Below are positions 12,001 to 23,471 of a stretch of 64,000 nucleotides of DNA, piece by piece (positions within the stretch are counted from its first letter, which is position 1; each line of letters starts with the position of its first letter). Source of the stretch: Podarcis cretensis (taxonomy: Eukaryota). Below the pieces are notes generated by a model. The model ran no database searches and was not told the origin of the DNA. It saw nothing but the letters and a program-made list of their open reading frames with translations. Location: assembly GCA_951804945.1 (NCBI GenBank), contig OX638153.1, positions 61,442,001 through 61,506,000 of the forward strand. Direction: 5' to 3'. The translations under genes were made by a program, and so were the position numbers.

Positions 12001-15000
12001 ATGGCTGCAATACTACTATGAACACCTGCTTAGAAGTTCTGTTGAGCTTGGTGGGGTTTATGATTAAAAATGCATAGGTCTGGGCTGTCACTAATGTGGA
12101 CAACTGCCATTTCTGTTTCTGAATCAAACACACTGCTAGAGTCACTTAAGCATTTTATTTTGTTTACCAGTATCTGCTGTTCCCTATCTCCTAGCAAAAA
12201 TATATGATCAAGTTTGTGGGTGGTTTTCTTAAGCTATGGCTAATTAGAGTTTTAATCCTGTGTATACATTTTGAAAGAGCCCCATTGAACACCTTGAGTT
12301 AACGTTTGTAGAACTGAGCAGCAGATAGTTTTAAAACACTAAGCCTGATATCCAATTTTGGTTATACTCTTAGTAGAGCAATGTAAAAAGACAGACTTAA
12401 GTCTATTGAGTTCAGTTGTTCTTCTGCTCCTGAGTATCATTTGGATGGCTGCCTCCTTAAATTTGGCATTTGTTGAGCAAGCATAGAATGGAACAACATT
12501 CCCACTTCTTATTTTAAGAGAAACGGTTTCTGGTTAAATTTCTCTTGCTTTTGTCTGCTACCTCCCTATAACCTTTTTGTTCCTTCCATCAGTGGTCTTG
12601 GCAGATGGAGCCACTATTATGGCCAATCCAATCAGCAATACATTCAACACTGCTCCAGCTTCAACTACAGTGGTACAAACCCATAGTCAGAATGCCAGTT
12701 CTAGTACACCAGCCCAGGGTTCATCCCCTCGCCCAAGCATTCTCCGGAAGAAACCCACTACAGATGGGTGAGTAAAATTGCAGTTGCTTTGATAATGTGC
12801 AATCTGCTTGCCACTGTACAAGAAATAGTGTCGTATCTAATAAAAGCATCCTGTTGGTGCAAGGATTTGTGCCTGCGCAACGGGATTTCCTCTCCCTCCG
12901 CAAACCCCCCCCCCCAATGTCTTCTGTGGGTTCTCCAGTCCTCTGTAGGAGATTTAGGCCAGGTGTGCAGGGGTGGGAGAGGGAGAAGTCTCATTGCACG
13001 GATGAAAGTCCTTGCACCGACAGTACAATATTGTTGGATTCAGCCTTGTAGCAGTCTGTTCATCAGTCGTCTTATGTATGCTGAGCATTATGACAGAACC
13101 AATAAAACATGTGAGAACTCATGGAATATGTATTTATTAGTGAAGACTTATACCCTGCCTTACCTCCAGTATGTAGCTCAAAGCAGCTTACAAAAACAGA
13201 GATGTGTGTATTTTTAAAAAAATTCAAAACTAAAAACAGAGTAACAGAACAGTAAAATAGAAGAGTAAAAACACTTCAACACAGGGACCAGGCAATTTCT
13301 TAAAACTAGCCACTGTAGGGGGCAACTGTATTTCTTCAGGAAGTAATTTTCATAGTCTGGAGTCAAAGGTGCAGGGAGCACTACAGAAAATGCCTTGTCT
13401 CATGTCAGCAGCCTCCTAGCATTTTATGTGTGTGTGACCATAAGCAGGGTCTCAGTGCTGACTTCAAGGCACAAGTTGGACAGCATAGGGAGAGCTGTTC
13501 TTTTAGATAACTAGGTGCCAGGTTGTTCAGGGGGTTATATGCTAATAGCAGAACTTTGAATCAGGCCCAGTAACTCACAAGCAGCCAGTGCAGAACCTTA
13601 GGAATTAGTGTTACATGACCCAGGCTGTTCAGCAGCATTCTGCACCAGCTGTAGTTTCGTAACCACCTACAAGGAAAGAGTTCTGTCACCTGTGTTTGGT
13701 CAAACCTGCTTTACATCCTAAGTAATCTATGCTCTAGCCATCTTCCGACATGTTTCATTGCCCAAAGTCTCTTGGGAAACCAGGACTGGAGAGGGCCCCT
13801 AGGTGCAATTGTGTCAGTGGCCTATATCATCTTGCTTTTCCACAGCAAGACTAGGGTCTTGACAGGAGAAGCAGCTGTTCTGTTTGGAAAATTTCCCTGC
13901 GAATTCAGGAATCTTTTGGATTCCATTAATCTGCTGGAGCGAACAATTCTAATCAGCCCCCCAGCTGGAGCCTATATAGGATAAATACAGCAGAAGAGAA
14001 TATTAGTACACCGCTTTTAAATTAAGCACCCTTGGCAACTATTGTAATAGTTTTGCTTTTCAGAAACTACTATATTCATGGCTATTTTGCAGGTTGGCGG
14101 TTAGGAAAAGCCTCATCCCTCCGCAGCCATCTGAGGTATCTGGCGCTCGAGTGGAAAGCTCAATGAGGAGTGCATCTGGATCGCCAAGACCAGCTGGGTA
14201 AGATCTCATAATAAAAAGATATGTAAAGCATTTGAAGTACTGTAATTCTAACTTGGCAAAAAGGTGAAAGAGATGCTGGCTGTTCTTACCCATTGCAAAA
14301 TAATAAGCTCCGTGGAGACAGCTGGTGCATACTTACTTCTGGGTAAATGGGAGTTCAGTGAAATATTCAGTGATGATCACTGAGCTGTGCAAGCAGATTA
14401 GGACCTGGGGAACATAAAATAGGGAGCTATTTTAAGAGTATTGAATTACTTTTTCTCAGATCACTACAATATGCACATATTGGCCATGTTCAGATATAAG
14501 CCTACGCAAAGCCATAGTTAGGCAAGATAGTCTTGCCAATGAGCCATATGATGCTGCCTACAGTTTTAGCATCCCTTGTTTTTCTCTCCCCTTCTTTGAG
14601 TGGGAAAACAAACCACAGAGCAGGCGGCTTAGTGGATCAGACAAAAATGTGTCGTCCAAAATGGGGTCCAGTGTACTTTCTTATCTTGATGGTTTTTAGC
14701 ATGTAAATTTGACTGGCTTACTGTCAAATTCTGTCCAAACCAGCATTCCTGGTTCCTTTCTGCATTTGAAAAAAACATGACCAGGAAGCCAATGTTCTTG
14801 GTTTCCTGAATGTGATTTCTTGGGGAGAAACAAATCAAAGGTTCTGATTCAGGCATAATGCTAAAACCTCTTTCATTTCGTACCTCATTTTTTGATCTAG
14901 CACTGGAACCCTAAGCTTGTTGCTTTCTGATGTTTTTACATGGTATTGTCAAGATTCTGAAGAAAAGGCATTAAGCTTGGTGACTGTATTTCACCATTTC

Positions 15001-18000
15001 TGGTGGGCTTGTACTACGTAGATTCTGGAAACCCAGACTTCCATCTACTTATGTGATGTCACCATATTGTAAGATATGTTTCTAGAAAAATGGAAAGGGA
15101 AAAAAACCCAGAACAAAATTAATCTTTCAGAGGCTCTGCATTTCTATACAGTCATGGTAGTAGGATCTTGAATAAGTGAAACTGCTAACTTTTTCCTTTT
15201 TTTCTTTTGTTTCATCTAGTGCCAAGCCAAAACCAGAAATCCATGTGTCTATGGCCACTCCAGTGACTGTATCTGTGGAGGCAGTATCCATTCAGAGCAA
15301 TGAACAACCTCCAATTGCAGTCCCCACTTCCCAGCAGCCACCAGCTGCCATTCCAACCATCATCACAGCAGCTAGTCCACCTTCGCAGCCTACGGCTGCC
15401 CTGTCAACCATTCCAGGAACTGTTCCTGCTGCTGCACCGACTTCAACCACAATTGTGGCAGCTCCTCCACCTCCACCAGCCATGGGTGGCGTCCTCTCTA
15501 CAGTATTGGGCCCCGTTGTGCCAGAGATAAAAATAAAAGAGGAAGTGGAACCCATGGATATAATGCGGCCAGTCTCAGGTAGATTTCTGCTTAAGCAATC
15601 ACAAATGAGATGCTCAAAGTAGGTACAAAAGCCCCACAGGAGATAATAATTAGAAAGGGCCATAGCTAGCATGTCACTGAAAGCTAAAAGAGTTGCATAG
15701 TTAAAATGGCAGGTAGAAATAAAAGAATACAGTGGTACCTCTGGTTATGAACTTAATTCGTTCCGGAGGTCCATTCTTAAGCTGAAACCATTCTTATCCT
15801 GAGGCGCGCTTTCACTAATGGGGTTCCTGCTGCACGATTTCCGTTAGCATCCTGGGGCAAAGTTCGCAACCAGGAGCAGCTACTTCCGGGTTAGCGGAGT
15901 TCGTAACCAGAAGCGATCATAACCAGAGGTACCACTGTACACTTGCTATTAAAGTTTGTGGAGAGATCAAACATTAGTGCTTAATTCTGCTCTGTAGTAA
16001 ACACTAAGAGAACAGTTGTGCAGCCTTATAGTGAGAAGTCTCTGTTCAAGGCTTTCACTCTTAAATTCAATTTGTTAAGGAATTTCCTGTAAGTTACTTT
16101 TGCCATAGTAGTTTGCATGTCAAACACAAACTGCCAATCGATTGCATTAAGGGTGCCTCGCAGCTTTATTGGGAACTGAAAGAGCCCAAACGCTGTCATA
16201 GTAACCATAATCCCAGAAAAAAAGAGATCAGGGAGGATTGAAACAAAAGACTTTGTTTGCTTAACTCTGCTCACTCTTATTCATGACGTAAGGCCAAACC
16301 ATTCAAAAGAAAATCAGGGGGAAAGTATATATAAAAGCTCTAAGATCCTTGAGAGGAGGGACTCTAGAAAAACATAATGTTCTCCTCTTACAAAGGCACT
16401 GCACTGGCAGTTAGCATCTGGTCTCTAGCATTGCAGTCTTTGGAAAACAAGGGTGATGGCTCTAAAGCTGCCTTTGTTTTACCTGTCAGTCTCTTAAAAC
16501 TTGTCCCTTCCTGTCTTCTCTTTCAGCAGTTCCTCCACTGACTACAAATACTGTCTCCCCGTCTCTTACACTGCTGGCCAACAACCTTTCAGTGCCCTCA
16601 AGTGACTTGCCACCTGGTGCCTCTCCAAGGAAAAAACCACGAAAGCAGCAGCACATAATCTCTACAGAGGAAGGGGATATGATGGAGACTAATAGCACTG
16701 ATGATGAGAAATCCACTACTAAAAGCTTGCTGGTAAAAGCAGAGAAGCGCAAGTCACCTCCAAAAGAATATATAGGTGAATGGAAATAAATAAATTAAAT
16801 AATTGGTTGGTAGGTTGTCATCTTCTCCAAGTAATACCCATCCACCCAAAATGTAAGATTGCCACTAGAAAAGGAATTTGAGCTAAAAATGATCAACTTT
16901 GGGTCTGGCTGTCCCCCATAAAGATCAGTTTTTCATGGCAGATTTTTATTTGGGGGGAGGCAGGGAGCTGTTGGAGCTGAATTAATCTCGAATTCAAAGT
17001 ATGCCGGCCCTATCGTGGGATCACATTTTCTTTCCTAGCTCAAAACGCAAGCACCTTAAAAGAGGCTTTAGTTATTTTTCTCAATCTTGCTTTAGATGAA
17101 GAAGGTGTGAGGTATGTGCCTGTACGTCCTCGGCCACCCATAACACTGCTTCGCCACTATCGTAACCCATGGAAAGCTGCCTATCATCACTTTCAGCGGT
17201 ATAGTGATGTCAGAGTGAAAGGTATGTCTTCCTGTCATTACATTTTGCATGGGTCGGTGAACAGATGTGTTACAATATTAGACAGGTGTCTACTTGCAAA
17301 CATTTAACCTCTGATATAGGATGTGCAGCAAATTGCCTAGAAACATATCTACCATCTAAAGCCACTGTAATATTTGTACTGCAGAGGCAGTGCTAATACA
17401 TATCAGTTTTCCTATTGTTATTGAGGTTTAGTTATACATAAGGTAATAGAGAACCTCAGCTGACAGGAAGTAGTCCCCGTATAGTTGCTTGCTCTCTGTG
17501 TGTCTGACTAGCAAAATGAATTATGCAAGAAAAGTGGGTGCAAGGAGACTTGCTTATTGAATTTATTGAATTTGACTTTTGGGTTTCTACATATATAGTC
17601 CCTGGCTATTAGACAAACTAAGTTTACCAACACTTGATACAAAGATTCAAAGCAAGCCCCACTCCACCCCTGTTCAGATCACAAAATTTGGCTGTTTCAT
17701 TATTGCACATCTGACCCTGGATCCCTGTTCCTGCATTCTACCAACATCTGTGGTCAGGTTTCACATACCAGGTACACAAATGACTGCTGCAGTAAACTTA
17801 GTATTTTTGTAGCTCAAGGAATAAGGTACATTTCACCTTTTAAAAGCTCATTATTTGCTTGTGTCTCGTATTTGACTCTTTTTCTAGAAGAGAAGAAGGC
17901 TATGCTGCAAGAGATCGCTAATCAGAAAGGTGTATCCTGCCGTGCGCAGGGGTGGAAGGTCCACCTTTGCGCAGCACAGCTATTACAGCTGGTAAGTGGG

Positions 18001-20181
18001 GGAAATGGGATAGTTTCATATAAAATGAGGAAGAAATTCCTCCAAGAAAAGGCTTAGCCCAGGAAGCTTTCTTAAAGGTGATACAAAACTATATAAATAT
18101 ATATCATTTATATTATTTTTAAAAATTACCACCAGATTGATAAGACTATTGGAGGCAGCACTGTTCCACATTCATGGATGCTTCTATTTCAGGTGGGGGT
18201 GATGTAGGTGCTTTGTATTCTAGCACCAAGCTCCCAAGGCCATGAGGAGTACAATGGAAATGTGACATTACATTGTGTATGTAATTTAGGAGTGCTGGGG
18301 CTGCTGATGGTGTGTGAAACGAGGTTTTGATCTAAGTATAAGAGGTGATGGTAAGAGGACTAGAACCTCAAAGCATATCTTTCACAGGCATTGGATGACA
18401 GTTACTTGTATATAGGGAGTTACTGTTGTACTGCATTGTAAGAAGCATAGGCTAGGATCCATGTTTCCTCATTCTGAAGTGGGACAGCCCTGCTTCATTT
18501 TGAAGCATATTTCAGAGAGCATCCTACTGTAGTTGCAATAAAGACATTGTAACCTTAAGAAGAGGAGCACTGTTCTGTCAGCAGTGAAAAATAGTACTGA
18601 ATCTTTTGAAAGCAGTTGTATGAGCAGATGGATTTTTTATAGCTTATGTAGCCCTTGATATGAAACAGTGTGAAAATGTTAGGTGTTCTTGCCAAATTCT
18701 AATATTTTATAGACCAACCTGGAACACGATGTGTATGAACGACTCACCTCCCTGCAAGAAGGGATCATTCCCAAGAAAAAGGCAGCAACTGATGATGATT
18801 TGCATCGAATAAATGAACTGATACAGGTAAAGGCTTATTGTTCACTCCTTCAGTTTGGTGATTTGCAATTGATATTTTTTCTTAATTTAAATGGTGGGAC
18901 ATGTTTTTTAAATGTGAAACAAAGAACTGTTAAAAGAGGGTAGAAAATGAACCACACAGTATTTTAGTATAGCCACTCAAAATATTAACGTATTAAAAAA
19001 CAACACATATGGTTCTTTTAAAAAATGAATAATTTGGGATGTATTTAAACACTACAACAAATAGAAAATAGATATTCACAGGTTCCATGGTTCCACGTAT
19101 CATTCAAAGCCTGAGCATAATATATGGGAGCATAATAGTTGGGAGCAGACACATGGGGGAGGAGGGAGAGAGAGACAGAGAGAAGAAGAACTAGTCCATT
19201 AGTCTAAAAAAATTGGTCTTCAAACACTGATGGAAGGCCAGTGCCTTGACACACTGAATTACTCCTTTAGGAAGAGCATGCATCCAGAGTATATAACTTC
19301 ATAATAAAGAGTAGATACATGCATAGTTTTGTATACTTACATTTTATCTTTTTAATCAGAAAAGAGTATGCATTGATCTGTTTCTGTTGGGCTGCTTTGG
19401 ACATACCGGTAATTTTAAACTGTGATTTAGTGTTGTGTGCAAAAACCTTTGGCTTCTGCACCTCCATCCTCTTTGCGGCAGCCATAAGGAAGATACCCAT
19501 TTTTAATTAACTGCAGTTTAGTATTCCATTCAAATTCTAAATTATGATTAATATTAATTATGGTTAGGGAAACAAGCCAACTTAATCAACCATGGTTTGA
19601 AATTGGCTTGTTTCCCCAAACCATAATTAAAAATAACCGTTGATCCAGGTTTGGACATGACTCTCCTTGCCGCCATGCAAGAAGTGGAAAGGGAGAGCAC
19701 ACAAGCCTCATTCAAGCAGCACTAAGTTTAACATTGCGTCCAAATGAAGTTGCTTTCGCCTTGAAAGTTCACCATTATTACTATGTGTTTTGAAATGCAA
19801 ATGTCTTACATAATACATTTGATGTAGAGAGTCTAATTTCCCAGATTATTATTAGCAGAAAGTGGAAACATACTTGTTCATCTGTTCCTAAACGGCTGCT
19901 TCATTTGTTTTAAAATTCTTTAGGTCATGTACTCTCTGACATTTCAATGTGGTTGTTTAAAGATTACTTGTGTGCCTATGAGGCATTCAGCTGTTTAATA
20001 TCAGTCCTGTGTTGTGTTTCAGGGGAATATGCAGAGATGTAAGCTCGTAATGGATCAAATAAATGAAGCTCGAGAATCCATGCTAAAGGTCTTGGATCAC
20101 AAAGAGCGTGTTCTGAAGCTTCTCAATAAGAATGGAACTGTCAAGAAAGTATCCAAATTGAAGAGAAAAGAAAAAGTCTAG
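2893..20181 (+). CDS. SAP130: Histone deacetylase complex subunit SAP130 (Sin3A-associated protein 130), spliced CDS 3171 nt / 1056 aa
   Basis: 20 coding exons with consistent phases: 2893-3004, 3148-3383, 4319-4477, 4711-4822, 5702-5826, 6990-7114, 7569-7719, 8273-8363, 8686-8790, 9271-9412, 10248-10366, 11612-11914, 12593-12767, 14093-14197, 15220-15578, 16527-16775, 17096-17221, 17888-17991, 18713-18826, 20023-20181. Translation MSSQQFPR...KKVSKLKRKEKV* matches SAP130 as recalled. Confidence 0.96.
3148..3383 (+). CDS. SAP130: SAP130 coding exon 2
   Basis: VSDEPSRE...FSEGLMK; AG/GT flanks. Confidence 0.95.
4319..4477 (+). CDS. SAP130: SAP130 coding exon 3
   Basis: PPLKPTIPSRP...ATISGQQ. 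Confidence 0.95.
4711..4822 (+). CDS. SAP130: SAP130 coding exon 4
   Basis: GHPSNVHHIMTTNVQMSIIR...HLPR. Confidence 0.95.
5074..5212. mobile_element. Degenerate hAT-type palindromic MITE
   Basis: CAGGGGTG start; GACTACAAATCTCATCA / TGATGAGAGTTGTAGTC inverted arms; same family as 50725-50860. Confidence 0.6.
5702..5826 (+). CDS. SAP130: SAP130 coding exon 5 (ends at GC donor)
   Basis: GAAAAAVMSSSKV...HQPIQ; frame requires CAG|GCAGGT. Confidence 0.9.
6381..6846. mobile_element. Non-autonomous pogo/Tc2-like DNA transposon
   Basis: TA-flanked; TIR CCGTATTTTTCGCTCCATAAG versus CTTATGAGTGAAAAATATGG; CpG-rich interior inside an AT-rich intron. Confidence 0.8.
6990..7114 (+). CDS. SAP130: SAP130 coding exon 6
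   Basis: SRPPVTTSSTIPP...ATL. Confidence 0.95.
7569..7719 (+). CDS. SAP130: SAP130 coding exon 7
   Basis: RPTLSIQQHPP...QQLHTMAQ. Confidence 0.95.
8273..8363 (+). CDS. SAP130: SAP130 coding exon 8
   Basis: KTIFSTGAPVAAATV...TTA. Confidence 0.95.
8686..8790 (+). CDS. SAP130: SAP130 coding exon 9
   Basis: GSVSHTQAPTST...SNIPV. Confidence 0.95.
9271..9412 (+). CDS. SAP130: SAP130 coding exon 10
   Basis: AKVVPQQITHTSPRIQ...RNDN. Confidence 0.95.
10248..10366 (+). CDS. SAP130: SAP130 coding exon 11
   Basis: QSVPVQFQYFLPTYPP...IRQYP. Confidence 0.95.
11612..11914 (+). CDS. SAP130: SAP130 coding exon 12 (QGIQxAPI repeats)
   Basis: VSAQAPNSA...TETKTS. Confidence 0.95.
12593..12767 (+). CDS. SAP130: SAP130 coding exon 13
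   Basis: VVLADGATIMAN...SILRKKPTTDG. Confidence 0.95.
12850..13045. mobile_element. Palindromic non-autonomous element (related copy at about 10570-10760)
   Basis: Inverted arms CTGTTGGTGCAAGGA / TCCTTGCACCGACAG; C-rich left half, G-rich right half. Confidence 0.55.
13320..13660 (-). mobile_element. Old L2 LINE fragment
   Basis: Degenerate similarity to the L2 fragment at 58.6-58.9 kb. Confidence 0.45.
14093..14197 (+). CDS. SAP130: SAP130 coding exon 14 (105-nt symmetric cassette exon)
   Basis: LAVRKSLIPPQPSEVSGARVESSMRSASGSPRPAG; phase 2-2; absent from the supplied ORF track. Confidence 0.9.
15220..15578 (+). CDS. SAP130: SAP130 coding exon 15
   Basis: AKPKPEIHVSMATP...MDIMRPVS. Confidence 0.95.
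15730..15937. mobile_element. Tc1/mariner (Tigger-like) MITE
   Basis: Perfect 21-bp TIR CAGTGGTACCTCTGGTTATGA / TCATAACCAGAGGTACCACTG; TA TSD at 15728 and 15938. Confidence 0.9.
16527..16775 (+). CDS. SAP130: SAP130 coding exon 16 (CAGCAG acceptor)
   Basis: AVPPLTTNTVSPS...KSPPKEYI. Confidence 0.93.
17096..17221 (+). CDS. SAP130: SAP130 coding exon 17
   Basis: DEEGVRYVPVRPRPPITLLRHY...DVRVK. Confidence 0.96.
17888..17991 (+). CDS. SAP130: SAP130 coding exon 18
   Basis: EEKKAMLQEIANQKG...AAQLLQL. Confidence 0.95.
18713..18826 (+). CDS. SAP130: SAP130 coding exon 19
   Basis: TNLEHDVYERL...RINELIQ. Confidence 0.96.
19500..19745. repeat. AACCATGGTT-centred palindromic repeat (relatives at about 14480-14860 and 35860-36230)
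   Basis: TTAATTATGGTTAGGGAAACAAGCCAA ... TTGGCTTGTTTCCCCAAACCATAATTAA inverted arms. Confidence 0.55.
20023..20181 (+). CDS. SAP130: SAP130 last coding exon
   Basis: GNMQRCKLVMDQ...KRKEKV TAG (20179-20181). Confidence 0.96.
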   Translation, partial: GNMQRCKLVMDQINEARESMLKVLDHKERVLKLLNKNGTVKKVSKLKRKEKV

Positions 20182-20894
20182 AGCCAGAGGTATAAAGACT
20201 CTGGAAACAAAGGTTGTACAGAACAGTGTTAAGGCTCTTTTAATTGGGGGTTTGTTTTAGAGAGCTACATCTGAGTAAGAAGGACGATGGATGGATACGT
20301 TGGAGCCCAATGACCTTAAGGGATGATTATTGATCTATCAAAGGAACAAAGATTTTTCTCAGGCTTGTCCCTGTTTAAACTCTTCACAGTCACATTTTGT
20401 TTAGCCCTCTTGATGTGCCAGTGCCTATTAATTGGAACCATTGATGCAAACGTGATAGACAGTCCTCGCCCTTCCATCCTACAGTTTTAGAGATAACTCC
20501 ACAGGTTTGTACAATGGATTCTGCAGCAGACCTCAAGAACCATCTATCTTGAAACTGTTTGGAGATGACACTACTTCCACGTAGCCAACTCAGTTTTTTG
20601 CTCCTTAAGATCTTGCAGTGGCTAGAGCAGCCTTCATAAACCCAGTGCCATTTGCACTGGTGGTTCTGCTACATTTAGAATCTTAAGTGGTTCTGAAGTC
20701 TCTAGCTGTCTATTTTTTAAAAAATACATTTCAAAGTGATTTGTAGTGTTGTGGAGTGTGTGTGTGTGCCCATGTTGGTGCTCTGGGATATTGTTTTCAA
20801 AGTACTCTCATACAGCACAGTACTTCCTGTAGCTGGTGTGATGCTCTTCATTGTGTTACATACAATTTGTGCTATATGACATCCTGGAAACATG

Positions 20895-20900
20895 AATAAA
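20895..20900 (+). terminator. Likely SAP130 polyadenylation signal
   Basis: AATAAA about 0.7 kb after the stop codon. Confidence 0.6.
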
Positions 20901-21639
20901 GGATTTGGAGGATTTTGTATAATAACAGGTGCATCTAATTCTGTGCTACAGATCCCAGCAAAGAAAAGCCAGATAAGAACTATAGGGAAGTAGCTGCTTT
21001 CGTTCATGACATTTAAAAAGAACAGATTGGTATGGACAACAATTACACTTTTAGCAATCTAGGTTAAACATATTTCCATCCATATTTGCTATTTTTGTAA
21101 TAAGCTGCTATCAGTTCTCTTAGTACCATATATCCATATAGGATATAACACTGGCAAAATCCAGCACGTACAAATTTCATTCAGTGGAAGGGGCCACTGC
21201 CAGCCAAAAGAAAACAACTGCAGTGGGAGGAGTGCACACACATCCATAGCAATCCCACCTGGAGCAGCCAGTCTAGATGCAGCTCCCAGCAGGTACAATA
21301 TCACCCACCGTGCACACTGCTGGCCAGGCATCCAATAGAGCACCCACCCATACTAAGGCAGAATGAGATGAGCTACCATTAGCAAAGGCCAGTGGGTCAG
21401 AGCAAGCCTGCTAGTGCAAAGATAAGGCAGGCCAGGGGGATGTTCACTCAAGTGTAGATTGTCCCTTGACTACAAGCTCCCCAACTTCTTCAGTTTCCCT
21501 TGAAGCCCATATCCAAATAGTAGCAGTGGGGGCAAGGGGATGTTTCTGGAGATCAGGACAGTGGTGCTCCAAAATCTGGGGGGAGGGGCCTGGCTAGGCA
21601 GTCAGTGGGAGGGTAGCCACAACAGTTGGTGGACCCTGG

Positions 21640-22460
21640 AGGAGTAGCATGCCTGTACAAAGAAAGGCAACTTATACCAGGGATGGTTCACAAGCTCATT
21701 GCACTGGAGCATTGCCAAGCACACCTTTTTTACACATTTTCAGGAGTGCTGAGCAAAGCCACCTCCATGGTTTGATGACTTTGGGGGAGGGGAGCTGCAG
21801 CTGGGCCAGCTGGTCAGCCTCTTGGGCACTGCCAACTCCTTTCTCTGCTTCTCTTAACATGGCACCACCATGTCCATTTCCAGCCTATCATGACTGCTCC
21901 ATACTAATGGTATCAAGAATGTCCTCCTGGGCTTGCATTACCCAGTTATAGGGCATTTCCAATGGAATGTGGCATGGGTAGTCCACCCTGTGGTCCCATG
22001 AGGCTACACTGCCAGGCTTCTGTGAGGTAGAGCGTGCAAAATTAGATATGTGTTCTATGAAACTGTTGGCTTCTGTCTACGCTATCTACATGATGGTGAT
22101 ATGCAATACCCAGTGTCCATCTCATGAATGCCACAATGCCAGAAAATGTTCCTAACTTCTAGATCCTTAGTTTCTAACCAGCTACATCTGCTAGAGGACC
22201 ACAGGGGGCTTTTGGGTAGATGTGTGAGATGGATTAACACATAGCAACATCCAGACAGGAGAGGCCATTGATAACCCTTTTACTTCCCCATGCACACAGC
22301 TGAATACCCATGGATACTCAGTGAAGCCCTTTATTCAAATACTCATTGGGGACACTGCATCACATGGTAGGGCAATGTGACCCACTCTCCTGAGAAGGTA
22401 TCCAAAGTTGTGATGGCCCGTGCTATTCTCTATATTGTCATGCACAGAAAGCTATCCATG
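21640..22460 (+). pseudogene. Highly decayed PIF/Harbinger transposase relic
   Basis: Ordered peptide remnants in shifting frames: HHVHFP, NVLLG, YAIYMMVICNTQC (22078-22116), LMNATMPENVPNF*IL, RPLITLL, SPEKVSKVVMARAILY (from 22386). These resemble HARBI1-type motifs SINVQVICD, PGSVHDSFIL, PWLMTP, YSPEKVxxIIxACxxLHN. Confidence 0.5.
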
Positions 22461-22763
22461 GGCTGCCACACCTCACTGTGGAAGGAGCAGACATGGTTGA
22501 TGAGTGAGTTGCACAGGGTTGCAATCTTCATGCTGTTGGTACTTGGGACCACACAGGTAATTCATTTACAGACAATCCACTTGACTTGTGTAGCCCTTGG
22601 CATGCTTTCCTTTCTCCCCCCATGCCCACATTTAATAACAGTTTTTGGAATTACTTACATTTCTTTCTAACAGACATCTTCCATCAGTAATGTGGGGTGG
22701 TAACCAAGTAAGTATCCCCAGAGTTCAGGATTTTACTACTAAAATGCAAGTGCATAAGGCCTG

Positions 22764-23368
22764 CAGCTCCTGCCAACCTAGGAGTTTGAATGGGACGCAG
22801 GTGGCGCTGTGGGTTAAAGCCTCAGCGCCTAGGACTTGCCGATCGAAAGGTCGGCGGTTCAAATCCCTGCGGCGGGGTGCGCTCCCGCTGCTCGGTCCCA
22901 GCGCCTGCCAACCTAGCAGTTCGAAAGCACCTCCGGGTGCAAGTAGATAAATAGGGACCGCTTACCAACGGGAAGGTAAACGGCATTTCCGTGTGCAGCT
23001 CTGGCTCGCCAGAGCAGCGATGTCACGCTGGCCACGTGACCCGGAAGTGTCTTCGGACAGCGCTGGCCCCTGGCCTCTTAAGTGAGATGGGCGCACAACC
23101 CCAGAGTCTGTCAAGACTGGCCCGTACGGGCAGGGGTACCTTTACCTTTACAAGTGCAAGTAGATAAATAGGTACCGCTCTGGCGGGAAGGTAAACGGCG
23201 ATTTTGTGTGCTGCTCTGGTTTGCCAGAAGCGGCTTAGTCATGCTGGCCACATGACCCGGAAGCTGTTTGCAGACAAAAGTCAGCTCCCTCTGCCTATAG
23301 AGCAAGATGAGCACTGCAACTCCAGAGTCATCAGTGACTGGACCTACTGGTCAGGGGTCCCTTTACCT
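22764..23368 (+). mobile_element. Older 5'-truncated Sauria SINE, interrupted by a young copy
   Basis: CAGCTCCTGCCAACCTAG (22764-22790) resumes at about 23152 with AAGTGCAAGTAGATAAATAGGTACC and ends ...GGGGTCCCTTTACCT. Confidence 0.75.
22792..23151 (+). mobile_element. Full-length young Sauria SINE
   Basis: tRNA-like head GGGACGCAGGTGGCGCTGTGGGTTAAA, B-box GGTTCAAATCC, (ACCTTT)n tail. Confidence 0.92.
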
Positions 23369-23369
23369 A

Positions 23370-23471
23370 GCCATCTGTCATGTATGATCTAGTTGAGATT
23401 CATGCATTGCAGGGGGTTAACTAGATAGATGATCCTCAAGATCCCTTCCAACCCTACATTTCTATGATTCT
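23370..23471 (+). mobile_element. CR1 LINE 3' end
   Basis: GCATTGCAGGGGGTT...GATCCCTTCCAACCCTAC...TTCTATGATTCT tail. Confidence 0.75.

Noticed and set aside
12768-13217. 149-aa intronic ORF after SAP130 coding exon 13
   Set aside because: Starts at the splice-donor GTG and runs through a palindromic repeat; no homology recognised
22792-22870. tRNA-like A/B boxes (also at 49345, 52824 and 60190)
   Set aside because: SINE heads, not tRNA genes; no full cloverleaf
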